Positions 1 to 8,861 of a DNA stretch of 64,000 nt are shown here, in pieces. The notes beneath the pieces are model-generated. The model made no database searches. It was not told the DNA's origin and saw only the letters and a program-made list of their open reading frames with translations. The stretch is from an uncultured Acidobacteriota bacterium (lineage in GTDB: Bacteria; Acidobacteriota; Thermoanaerobaculia; UBA5066; Gp7-AA6), in the NCBI GenBank assembly GCA_963764715.1, contig CAVXTP010000021.1, forward strand, positions 352,001 to 416,000. Reading direction: 5' to 3'. How positions within the stretch are numbered: the first letter of the stretch is position 1; every line of letters begins with the position of its first letter. The translations under genes were made by a program, and so were the position numbers.

Positions 1-1
1 G

Positions 2-142
2 CACCGCGCCGAGGCGCTCGCCTGGTACCGGCGGAGCGAGGCCGCGTACGTCGCGCTGCGCGAGCGCGGATTGCTCGATCCCCAGGCCGCGACCGAGCTC
101 CAGGCCGTCTCGAAGAAGATCGCGGCCCTCGGCGCCGGCTGA
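2..142 (+). CDS. 3' end of a CDS cut by the window edge; possibly the TPR-like C-terminus of a Ser/Thr kinase
   Basis: Open frame HRAEALAWYRRSEAAYVALRERGLLDPQAATELQAVSKKIAALGAG ends at TGA 140-142, convergent with the next gene. The helical TPR-like character is only an impression. Confidence 0.45.
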   Translation, partial: HRAEALAWYRRSEAAYVALRERGLLDPQAATELQAVSKKIAALGAG

Positions 143-160
143 GAACGGGCCCGGAGTTTC

Positions 161-835
161 TCAGTGCTTCCCGGGAGCCAGCGCGACGCCCTTGCGCGCG
201 GACAGGATGTAGGCCTCGAGCGAGCGCAGTCGCGGGTCGTTTTCGGCCAGGGGCTGTCCCTTGAGCGGGTTCTCGATGCACCAGTTGATCATGTCCCGCA
301 GGAGCGCCATCTTCTTGGTCTGGACCTGGAACTTCGGATAGCTCTCGGGGTGCGTGTTCGAGGCATCCGGGTGGCACATGTCGCAGGAGATGCCGATGGT
401 GCCGCCGAGGGCCTTCGCGTTGTGGAAGTTCTTGTAGCCCTCCTCGATCCACGCCTTCTCCTCTTTGCTCCAGAGCATCTGATCGCGGGCCGTGAACTTC
501 GTGGACTGGCCGGGCCCCGTCGGGGCCGGGGTCGCCGACTGTTGCGTCCCGGCGCCGGCCGGCGCTTCCGCCGACCAGTACGCCCAGCGCTCCTCGCCCT
601 GGGTCCGGCGCCAGGCCTCCAGCATCTCCGCCGCGGCCCGGCGCGCGTCGGCGGGGGAGAGCTCCTGCCCGGGCGCGAGGCCGGGCACGGTCATGCGGCT
701 CTCACCGTCGCAGAGCGAAACCGTCACGCCGGGGGCGGCGGCGGCCTTCGGGTCGTTTTCCGGCGGGGCGGCCAGGGCGAGGGCGGCCACGGGCACCGCG
801 GCCAGGATCCAGAGTCCTCGAACGCTCGTTGCCAT
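161..835 (-). CDS. Exported monoheme c-type cytochrome, SoxA/TsdA-like heme domain
   Basis: Signal peptide, one CxxCH (CDMCH) and a downstream YPKF...LRDMINWC segment resembling the Cys-ligand helix of SoxA/TsdA. RBS GGAGG upstream. Confidence 0.8.
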   Translation of the reverse strand: MATSVRGLWILAAVPVAALALAAPPENDPKAAAAPGVTVSLCDGESRMTVPGLAPGQELSPADARRAAAEMLEAWRRTQGEERWAYWSAEAPAGAGTQQSATPAPTGPGQSTKFTARDQMLWSKEEKAWIEEGYKNFHNAKALGGTIGISCDMCHPDASNTHPESYPKFQVQTKKMALLRDMINWCIENPLKGQPLAENDPRLRSLEAYILSARKGVALAPGKH

Positions 836-845
836 CGTGTCCTCC

Positions 846-1952
846 CTAGTAGTTGACGTCGGTCTCGCGCGGCGGCGCGCCGGTCGCCCCGTTGGAATCG
901 AGGTAGGCGGCCGTGACCGTGACGGGGTTGCGGCTCCAGAGGTTGTAGACCGCGTTGACCCGGCCGTTGCGAAGGACGTCGATCGAGCCGTCGCCGCAGC
1001 CGTCGAGCTCGTCGAAGGGGTCGGCGCGGTTCATGCGCACCGTCAGCGCGGGCAGACCCTGCGGCGCGTAGGGCCAGGGCCACGCCGTGGAGAGCATGCC
1101 GTGGAACTGGATGTTGCCGATGCGGTTGGTCAACACCTGGTGGGTGTGTCCGTGGATGACGGTGACGGTCTGGAAGGGCGCGAGGATCTGCTGGACCTGC
1201 TCGGCGTCGTCGGTCCAGAAGTTCCAGGGCTTGTAGATCTTGTAGAGGGGAGAGTGCGAGAACACGATGATCGGAGTGGCGGGCTTGACCTTGGCCAGGT
1301 CGTTCTTGAGCCAGTCTCGCTGCGCCGCGCCCACCGTGAAGGGCCGGCCGTTGGGGTTGTCGAGCTGGGCCATCGCCAGCATCCGCTCCATCGGCGTCAT
1401 CTTCGGCCCCGACCAGTAGTCCTCGACGATGACCGAGTTGAGGACCACCATGTGCACGCCCTTGTGGTCGAACGAGTAGGTGTCCTTGCCGAACCGCTTG
1501 CGCCACTCGTCGCCCATGTCGAAGTACCAGTCGTGCTCGCCGACCATCATTTTCACGGGGGCCTTGAGGGCCTTCAGAATCTGCGCGCCCTCGGCGATCT
1601 CCGCGGGCTGGCCGAGCTGGGCGAGGTCGCCTCCGTAGAAGACGAAGTCGGGCTGGGGGTCCATGGCGTTGACGTCGTCGACCGCCTTGAGGATTGCGCG
1701 GACGAAACGCTCGTTGAGGGACTTCTGGTACAGGTGACTGTCGGAGATGTAGGCGAACCGGAAGCTCTTTTCGGGCGCGTCGGGGTTCACGACGTCGACC
1801 GGCTGGAAGGAGTGGGGGAACATCTTCCCGGTCGCCATCGCCGTGGCCGCGGCCACGCTCGAGGCCTTCAGGAAGTCGCGGCGGTTCAGCCGAAAGACGC
1901 GGTCGAAGTAGGACTGGCGCCTCTCCAGGTATTTTTCGAAACGGTCCTTCAT
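846..1952 (-). CDS. Tat-exported calcineurin-like metallophosphoesterase
   Basis: Twin-arginine motif NRRDFLK; metal-binding motifs SDSH, GGD, GEHD, HSP and HGHTH; 4-nt ATGA overlap with the upstream gene. Confidence 0.9.
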   Translation of the reverse strand: MKDRFEKYLERRQSYFDRVFRLNRRDFLKASSVAAATAMATGKMFPHSFQPVDVVNPDAPEKSFRFAYISDSHLYQKSLNERFVRAILKAVDDVNAMDPQPDFVFYGGDLAQLGQPAEIAEGAQILKALKAPVKMMVGEHDWYFDMGDEWRKRFGKDTYSFDHKGVHMVVLNSVIVEDYWSGPKMTPMERMLAMAQLDNPNGRPFTVGAAQRDWLKNDLAKVKPATPIIVFSHSPLYKIYKPWNFWTDDAEQVQQILAPFQTVTVIHGHTHQVLTNRIGNIQFHGMLSTAWPWPYAPQGLPALTVRMNRADPFDELDGCGDGSIDVLRNGRVNAVYNLWSRNPVTVTAAYLDSNGATGAPPRETDVNY

Positions 1953-3082
1953 CGCGATCCCTCCTTCTTGGCGGGGTCCTGGAGCTCGGCGCGCGTGGGC
2001 GCGCCCGCGCCCTGTCCGGTCAACGACTCCATGAACGCCACGAGGTCCTGCTTTTCCTGGTCCGTCAGCTTCAGCGGAACGATGCCTCCGTCGAGGTACG
2101 GGTTCGGCTCGCCCCCCTTGTCGTAGAAGATCACGACGTCGAGGAGCGTCGCCTCGCTTCCGTCGTGCATGTAGGGGGCCGAGAGCGCGATGTCGCGCAG
2201 CCCGGGTGTCTTGAACGCGCCGATGTCCTTGGGCTGCTTCGTCACGACGAAGCGACCGAGCTCGGTGAAGTCGGGACTGAAGGCGAGCTCGTCGGGGTTC
2301 GCCATGCCCGCGGCCTTACGGGAAAGCGAGTTGAAGTCTCGGCCCTTGGCGGCCACTCCGATGTTGTGGAACTTGTTGTCGGAGAAGTTGGGCGTGGCAT
2401 TGCCGAAGGGATGACACGTATTGCAGCGGGCCTTGCCGTTCCAGAGGTCCCACCCGCGCTGGGCGGACTCGGAGATGGCGGTCTTGTCTCCGGCGTGAAA
2501 GCGGTCGAAGGCCGAATTCCCGCTGACGACGGTGCGTTCGAAGGTGGCGATGGCTGCCACGATGTCGTCGATCGTGGGCTCGCGGCCGAAGACTTTCTGG
2601 AACGCTTCCCGATACTCCGGCACGCCCCGCACGACCTCGACCACGACGGCGTGGCTGTCCATGGCCATCTCGACGCCGTTCGTCATCGGCCCCTTGGCCT
2701 GCTCCTCGAGGCTCGGGGCGCGGCCGTCCCAGAACTGGAACTCGTTGAAGACCGAGTTCAGCACCGTCGGGCTGTTTCGCGTCCCCTTCTTCCCGCCGAC
2801 GCCTTCGGCCACCTTCTTGCCGTCGGCGAATCCCTTCTCCGGGTCGTGGCAGGTCGCGCAGGAGACCGTTCCGTCCTTCGAGAGCCGCTTGTCGTAATAG
2901 AGCTTGCGGCCGAGCGCCGTCTTCTCGGGAGTCACGGGGTTGCCCGGCGGGATCAGGAGCTCCCAGAGGTCGGCCGGCAACCCTGCCGGCAAGGCCCGCG
3001 CCGGCTCCCCGGCCCGGGCCAGTGCGCCCCAGCCGATGAGCCCCGCGGCGAGAACGCCGAGAGTCGGCCACATCCTTCGCAT
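1949..3082 (-). CDS. Diheme cytochrome c peroxidase / MauG superfamily protein
   Basis: Signal peptide, two CxxCH motifs (CATCH, CNTCH), RNSPT, FWDGRA..LEEQ and FKTPGLR...APYMHDGS. Confidence 0.92.
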   Translation of the reverse strand: MRRMWPTLGVLAAGLIGWGALARAGEPARALPAGLPADLWELLIPPGNPVTPEKTALGRKLYYDKRLSKDGTVSCATCHDPEKGFADGKKVAEGVGGKKGTRNSPTVLNSVFNEFQFWDGRAPSLEEQAKGPMTNGVEMAMDSHAVVVEVVRGVPEYREAFQKVFGREPTIDDIVAAIATFERTVVSGNSAFDRFHAGDKTAISESAQRGWDLWNGKARCNTCHPFGNATPNFSDNKFHNIGVAAKGRDFNSLSRKAAGMANPDELAFSPDFTELGRFVVTKQPKDIGAFKTPGLRDIALSAPYMHDGSEATLLDVVIFYDKGGEPNPYLDGGIVPLKLTDQEKQDLVAFMESLTGQGAGAPTRAELQDPAKKEGSR

Positions 3083-3209
3083 GGGGCGACGATAGGAGGG
3101 AACACCCCGGCGCCGGAATGATGCGCGTGCATCAAATCGCGCGGCGGATCACCCGGTCTCCGACACGAACGAGCCGACCGGCGGTCACTATCCGCTGGCG
3201 CTCGACCGC

Positions 3210-3234
3210 GGGAATCGCGTGTGCGGCGATTCCC
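3210..3234. terminator. Hairpin directly after the last array gene; possible terminator
   Basis: Perfect 9-bp stem GGGAATCGC-N7-GCGATTCCC abutting the stop codon at 3235. No U-tract. Confidence 0.4.
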
Positions 3235-5673
3235 TCACTGAAGAGAGAACGTCTTGACGATGAACACGGCCATCTGACCCCGGGTGTTGGGATTGCCGGG
3301 ACAGTAGTTGCCGCCGCCGCATCCGCCGGTGATCTGCTCGGCTGCGAGCTGCTCGATCCAGTCGGCGAACTGCGACGGGCACTGGACGTCGGCGAAGGTT
3401 CCCGCGCAGGGGGGCGGCGCGTAGCTCGAGCCGTGCCTGGCCTTGAGCAGGAAGACGGCCATCTGGTCGCGGCGGACCGGGTTGCCGGGACAGTACTTGC
3501 CGCCGCCGCAGCCGCCGGTGATCCCCTCGGCCGCCAGCGCCTCGATCCAGTTGGCGAAGGTCGAGGGGCACGCGACGTCCGGGAACGTGCCGGCGCACGG
3601 CGGAGGCGTGTAGCAGAGCCCGTGCTTGCCCTTGAGCAGGAAAACCGCCATCTGCTGGCGCAGCGTGCTCGTGTCCACGGCGTACATGCCGCCGCCGACG
3701 CCGGCCGTGATGGCGTTCGAGACGAGCTTGGAGATGAACGCGTAGAACTGGTTGGCCACGGGGACGTCCAGAAAGTCCGCAACGAATCCCTTGACGAGGG
3801 TGCCCGCGGTGCCGTCCGTGTTGGACAGCGTCACGTCGTGGACGCTGCCCGGGGTCAGGGCCGGGGTTTGCGCCGTGGCGGTCGTGCTTCCCGTGACGTT
3901 GACGTTGGTGGCGGGTAGGCCGCCGACCGTGACCGAGGCTCCGGCAACGAAGTTGCTGCCCGAGAGCGTGATCGTCGTACCGCCGGCCGCCGGGCCGGCC
4001 ACCGGATCGATCGCGTAGACCAGTCTCTGCGAGAACTCGGACGTGTTGCCGTTAGGGTCCGTGGCCGTCGCGGCCACGGGTTGGCCGGGTTGGATGGTCA
4101 TGGGCAGGGTGAGGTCGAAGGTCGCGTCTCCCGAGCCGTCGGTCGTGACCTGGGTCGCCCCGAGGTACGTCTGGCCCTCGAGGAATTCGTGGGGAAAGTT
4201 CGAGCAGGCGGCGTTGGCGTAGAAGTCGAGATCGTAGACGGTCGATGCGGCGGAATGCAGGACGCCGGTCACGTGCGTGCCCGCTCCCTGAGGCAGCGCC
4301 GGCGCCGCGGACGTCAGGATGGGCGAGTTCTGCGAGAGGTTCCCGCCGCCGTCGGCGTCGAGCGGGTCGTTGGGCGTGGGGCCGTCGTTGTTCAGGTCGA
4401 TGCCGAGGCCCCGGTATGCCGAGGCACCGTTGGAGGTGTTGGCGAATATCGAATTGCCGCGAATCGAGTTGTTGACGCGCCCGCCTCCCATCACGTCGAT
4501 GCCGCCGCCGGTCGACGCCGTGGCGCCGTTGTAGGCGATGACGTTGCCCTCGCCCGGATTCGGTCCGCCGATCGTGTTGCTGCTCCCGTAGATGTCGATG
4601 CCCGTGACGCCGTTTCCCAGGGGAGTCGTCCCGTCGGCGCCGACGCCGATGAGGTTGCCCTGGAGGACCGCGCCGTACGTGAGGTACATCCCGCCCCCGT
4701 TGCCCGAGATCACGTTGCCGGCCCCCGGGGCGCTGCCGCCGAGGGTCAGCCCGCCGTCGTTGACCGCCAGTCCGCCGCCGTTTCCGAGAGCGGCCAGCCC
4801 CGTCACATCCGTCCCGATGAAATTCCCCTGGATCGTCGCCGTCACGCCGGCCGGGCCCCCGCTCGCGAACCCGATGCCGTTGATGGTGTTGCCCGAGATG
4901 ACGTTGCGCGCCGCCGGCGTCGTGCCGCCGATCAGCGCGCCCGCGGTCCCCCACGCGAGGTGGACCCCGGTACCGTTACCGAGGGCCGCGAGACCCGAAA
5001 CGTCGGTGCCGATGAGGTTACCCTGGACGACGTGGGCGGAGCCGCCGAATCCGAGCGGCCCGAACTGGACGCCGATCCCGTTGCCCGAGATGAGATTGCG
5101 GGCCGCCGGGGTGACGCCCCCGAAGACCACGCCGACTCCGCCAGCCGTCTGGACCCCCACGGCGTTGCCGTGGATGACCAATCCCGACGGATCCGTGCCG
5201 AAGAAGCAACCCTCGATTGCCTGGCCGGTCCCTCCGCCGACGATGATCGCCGGAGCCGGCGATCGGTTAACGACCAATCCCCGGACGATCGAGCCGTCGC
5301 TCCCGGCGGAGAGCGTCATGCACGAGCCGCCGATGCCTCCCACCGTGGCCGTGCAGTCGATCTCGATGCGAAGCACCGTGTTGAGGCCCTGCCCCGACGG
5401 GAGAGTGTTCGGAGTCGCGCCGGATTGCGTGTACCCGTCCAGCGTCACCGGACTGGCGATCGCGTTCAGGTTCGAGCCGACGACGATCGTGTGGACGCCC
5501 GAGCCCGGGATGTTGAACGCGATCGTGTCGAGCCCGGCGCTCGCGTTGGCGTCGAGGATCGCCTGGCGGAGAGACCCGGCGCCGCTGTCGTTCGTGTTGG
5601 TGACCGTGAAGGTGGCCGCGGACGCCAGGGACGCGAAGACACAGAGGGTGAGAGAGCCGGCCAGGGTTCGCAT
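3235..5673 (-). CDS. Array gene 1: secreted beta-helix + Ig + IPT/TIG + 3x Cys-rich SLH protein (812 aa)
   Basis: C-terminal half of ORF 3235..8088. True start is MRTLAGSLTLC at 5673 after [20 protein letters not shown] cap, GNxIGTD repeats, [16 protein letters not shown] and FxDVx[18 protein letters not shown]..RxQMAVF repeats. Confidence 0.9.
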   Translation of the reverse strand: MRTLAGSLTLCVFASLASAATFTVTNTNDSGAGSLRQAILDANASAGLDTIAFNIPGSGVHTIVVGSNLNAIASPVTLDGYTQSGATPNTLPSGQGLNTVLRIEIDCTATVGGIGGSCMTLSAGSDGSIVRGLVVNRSPAPAIIVGGGTGQAIEGCFFGTDPSGLVIHGNAVGVQTAGGVGVVFGGVTPAARNLISGNGIGVQFGPLGFGGSAHVVQGNLIGTDVSGLAALGNGTGVHLAWGTAGALIGGTTPAARNVISGNTINGIGFASGGPAGVTATIQGNFIGTDVTGLAALGNGGGLAVNDGGLTLGGSAPGAGNVISGNGGGMYLTYGAVLQGNLIGVGADGTTPLGNGVTGIDIYGSSNTIGGPNPGEGNVIAYNGATASTGGGIDVMGGGRVNNSIRGNSIFANTSNGASAYRGLGIDLNNDGPTPNDPLDADGGGNLSQNSPILTSAAPALPQGAGTHVTGVLHSAASTVYDLDFYANAACSNFPHEFLEGQTYLGATQVTTDGSGDATFDLTLPMTIQPGQPVAATATDPNGNTSEFSQRLVYAIDPVAGPAAGGTTITLSGSNFVAGASVTVGGLPATNVNVTGSTTATAQTPALTPGSVHDVTLSNTDGTAGTLVKGFVADFLDVPVANQFYAFISKLVSNAITAGVGGGMYAVDTSTLRQQMAVFLLKGKHGLCYTPPPCAGTFPDVACPSTFANWIEALAAEGITGGCGGGKYCPGNPVRRDQMAVFLLKARHGSSYAPPPCAGTFADVQCPSQFADWIEQLAAEQITGGCGGGNYCPGNPNTRGQMAVFIVKTFSLQ

Positions 5674-5681
5674 GCGCCCTC

Positions 5682-8081
5682 CTACTGAAGCTTGAACGTC
5701 TTGACGATGAAAACCGCCATCTGCCCCCGTGTGTTGTTGGTTTGCGGGCAGTAGTTGCCGCCGCCGCAACCGCCGGTGATCTGCTCGGCCGCCAGGTGCT
5801 CGATCCAGTCGGCGAAGGCCGACGGGCAGGCGACGTCGGGGAATGTCCCCGCGCACGGGGGCGGCACGTAGTTCGAGCCGTGCTCGGCCTTGAGAAGAAA
5901 GACCGCCATCTGGTCGCGCCGCACGGGATTGCCGGGGCAGTAGTTGCCACCGCCGCATCCGCCGGTGATGCCCTCGGCGGCGAGGGCCTCGATCCAGTTG
6001 GCGAAGGTCGACGGGCAGGGTACGTCCGGAAACGTGCCCGTGCAGGCCGGGGGCACGTAGCAGAGGCCGAACTTCGCCTTGAGCAGAAAGACGGCCATCT
6101 GCTGGCGCAGCGTCGGCTGATTCACGCCGTAGAGGCCGCCGCCCACGCCGACGGTGATGGTGTTGGAGACGAGCGTCGTCACGGAGGGATAGAAGATGTT
6201 GGAGGAGGGCACGTCGAGGAAGTCCGAGACGAAGCCCTTCGGGAGCGTCCCGGCGCTGCCGTCGAGATTGACGACGGTGACGTCGTTGACCGTGCCGGCG
6301 GGCAGCGCCGGAGACGTCGCGCCGATCTGCGTGCTCGACCCGACGTTGACGCCCGAGGCCGCCACGCCGCCGATCGTCACCGTCGCGCCGGCCGCGAAGT
6401 CCGTTCCCGCGAGGGCGACCGCGGTGCCCCCGGCCGGCGGGCCGGAGGTCGGCAGGATGGCGAAGACGATGCGCTGCGAGAACTCCGACGTGTTCCCGGC
6501 GGGGTCGGTCGCGGTGGCGGTGACCCGAGCTGCCGGGTCGAGCACGACGGGAAGGGTCACGTCGAAGATGCCCGTGCCCGCGCCATCGGTCGCGACCTGG
6601 CCGAAGCCGAGATACGTCTCGCCCTCGATGAACTCGCGCGGGAAGCGAGCGCAGGCGGGGTTCGCGTAGAAGTCGAGGGTGTAAGTCGTCGACGGCGCCG
6701 AGTGCAGGATGCCCTGGAACCGCGTGTCGGTGCCCTGCGGCCCGACGAGCCCCGTCACCGTGGTCACGATCGGGAAGTTCTGAAACTCGTTGCCGACGCC
6801 GGTGTCGGAATCGCCCGGGTCGTTGGGAGTGACGCCGAGGGTGCCGTCGCTGTTGTCGATCCCGATGCCAAAGTTGTCGTGGATCGAGTTGCCGCGGATC
6901 GTGACACGGAGCCCCAGGTTCCAGATCCCTCCGGTGAACAGGATCCCCCCGAGGCTCGGGTAGCCCTGGTTGAAGGCGATCACGTTGCCCTCGCCCGCCC
7001 CGGGCCCGCCGATCACGACGTTCGTCGTGTCGAGGGTGTTGAGCAGTATGGACAGATTGTTCGGCACCGGCAGTGTTCCCGTCGGGTCGGTGCCGATGAG
7101 GTTGCCTTGAATCACCGAGCCGGCGATGCCGTTGTTCAGGATGATGGCCTGATTGTTGCCCGAGATGACGTTGCCCTCTCCGGGCGCCGGACCTCCGATG
7201 TCGATGCTCTCGGTCAGGGCGGCGTCGATGCCGAAGTTGTTCGGAAGTGCCATCGTCCCGCTGATGTCGGTGCCGATGAAGTTGCCCAGGATTCGGTTTC
7301 CCGCGCCGGACTGCACCACGTAGAGCCCGTTGCCGTTCGTGTTGCCGGAGATCACGTTGCGTGCGCCGGCCGCGGCGCCGCCGACCAGCGTGTTCGTGGC
7401 GAGGACGAGCGTGACTCCGGTGCCGTTCTCGAGCGCGCCGGTTCCGTCGGCCGTCGTCCCGATCCGATTCCCCTGGATCACGTTGGCGTCGCCGGTGATG
7501 ATGTGGACGCCGGAGCCGCCGTTTCCCGAGACGAGGTTTCCGGCCCCGGCCGACGTCCCACCGATCGTGTTGCCGTCGGAGGCCTGGATGTAGACGCCGT
7601 CGCCGACGCTCAAGTCGACCGTCCCCGTCGGGTCCGTGCCGACGTAGCAGCCCTCGACGAGGTTGCCGCCGCCGGTCCCGAGGCTGATCTGCGCCGAGAA
7701 GCCGTTGACGACGAGCGCGCGGACGGTGCTCCCGCCCGCGGTGATCCGGATGCCGTTGCCCAGAGGCGCGCCGGCCGTGATCTCGATGAGCGGGCTGCCC
7801 GCGTAGCCGGGTTGCGTCGTCCCGTCGATGATCACCGGATCGGTGATCGTGGGCGGGCTCGTCGCCAGACTGATCGTGTGGACGCCGCCGCCCGCGATGG
7901 CGAAGGCAATGGTGTCGAAGACTCCGACAGACGCGTTCGAAGCGTCGATTGCGTCGCGGAACGATCCGGCTCCGCCGTCGTTCGTGTTTGTCACCGTGAT
8001 GGTCACGGCAAGGAGTTCGCCTCGGGCGAACGACAGACCGAGGGCAACCAGGAGGAGCCGTGCCGCAAGGACTGGGCGCAT
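5682..8081 (-). CDS. Array gene 2: secreted beta-helix/IPT/SLH protein (799 aa)
   Basis: Signal peptide MRPVLAARLLL, GSFRDAIDASN cap, same domain order as gene 1. Confidence 0.9.
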   Translation of the reverse strand: MRPVLAARLLLVALGLSFARGELLAVTITVTNTNDGGAGSFRDAIDASNASVGVFDTIAFAIAGGGVHTISLATSPPTITDPVIIDGTTQPGYAGSPLIEITAGAPLGNGIRITAGGSTVRALVVNGFSAQISLGTGGGNLVEGCYVGTDPTGTVDLSVGDGVYIQASDGNTIGGTSAGAGNLVSGNGGSGVHIITGDANVIQGNRIGTTADGTGALENGTGVTLVLATNTLVGGAAAGARNVISGNTNGNGLYVVQSGAGNRILGNFIGTDISGTMALPNNFGIDAALTESIDIGGPAPGEGNVISGNNQAIILNNGIAGSVIQGNLIGTDPTGTLPVPNNLSILLNTLDTTNVVIGGPGAGEGNVIAFNQGYPSLGGILFTGGIWNLGLRVTIRGNSIHDNFGIGIDNSDGTLGVTPNDPGDSDTGVGNEFQNFPIVTTVTGLVGPQGTDTRFQGILHSAPSTTYTLDFYANPACARFPREFIEGETYLGFGQVATDGAGTGIFDVTLPVVLDPAARVTATATDPAGNTSEFSQRIVFAILPTSGPPAGGTAVALAGTDFAAGATVTIGGVAASGVNVGSSTQIGATSPALPAGTVNDVTVVNLDGSAGTLPKGFVSDFLDVPSSNIFYPSVTTLVSNTITVGVGGGLYGVNQPTLRQQMAVFLLKAKFGLCYVPPACTGTFPDVPCPSTFANWIEALAAEGITGGCGGGNYCPGNPVRRDQMAVFLLKAEHGSNYVPPPCAGTFPDVACPSAFADWIEHLAAEQITGGCGGGNYCPQTNNTRGQMAVFIVKTFKLQ

Positions 8082-8197
8082 GGACCACCCGCCTTTCCGG
8101 CTTGCCCGCCTGGGGAAGGCGGGCGAGTCTGCAAAAACTCTATCTCAGGAGGGTGCGGACGGGACGGACGAAGGCCGCCGACTGGCCCGACTGGCCC

Positions 8198-8623
8198 TCA
8201 CTCCGACCCCGGGGTGTGGATCCAGCAGGGGATCGAGGTCAGGAACGTGAATCCGGCGCGCTCGTAAAAGCCCTTCGCCGTCTCCCGGCTGTCGAGGTAG
8301 ACCTTCGGGATGCCCTCCTCGGCGGCCCGCCGGCCGAGCCAGCGCAGCATCTGGCCGCCGTGGCCGTGGCCCCGCACGTCTTCGGCCGTGACGAGGTCGT
8401 CCACGAACAGGTGCTCCCCCCGCGACAGGGTGTGGGAGCGCCGAACACCCGCCAGGCAGACGAGCCGCCCGTCCTCGAAGCCGCCGAAGAGCTGGTAGCC
8501 CTCGAGGTGCTGCCGGCGGACCTCGGCGACGAACGTCTCCTCGCGGAGCCGGTCGCGCAGCTGCCGCGCCAGGGGGAAGGCCGCGGCGATGTCGGCGTCG
8601 GTCGAGAGCTCGCGGATGTCCAT
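8198..8623 (-). CDS. GNAT family N-acetyltransferase
   Basis: 141 aa with LFVDDLVT..VRGHGHG acetyl-CoA loop and AKGFYERAGF motif. Confidence 0.88.
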   Translation of the reverse strand: MDIRELSTDADIAAAFPLARQLRDRLREETFVAEVRRQHLEGYQLFGGFEDGRLVCLAGVRRSHTLSRGEHLFVDDLVTAEDVRGHGHGGQMLRWLGRRAAEEGIPKVYLDSRETAKGFYERAGFTFLTSIPCWIHTPGSE

Positions 8624-8658
8624 GGCGCCCGCCGGTCTCCTTATGCCTTATGGAAACT

Positions 8659-8838
8659 GGAGCCGTCCACCAGAGGCGCGCCGACCCCCGAAGGCAGACC
8701 CCCGGCAGTAGGCAACGCCGGGCGAAGCACGGCGGTAACTCAAATGCGACTTCTGGCCAACGCTCATGGAAATTGGAGCCGGCCACCGAAGGCAGACCCC
8801 CGGCAGTAGGCAACGCCGTGCGAAGCACGGTGGTAACT
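8659..8838. repeat. Two tandem copies (98-bp period) of a 64-bp palindromic element, each next to an SLH-gene 3'-end remnant
   Basis: GGAGCCG.CCACC-GAAGGCAGACCCCCGGCAGTAGGCAACGCCG.GCGAAGCACGG.GGTAACT at 8659-8740 (with an 18-nt insert) and at 8775-8838. A third copy is at 41448-41511. Confidence 0.9.
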
Positions 8839-8861
8839 CAAATGCGACTCTTGGCCAACGC

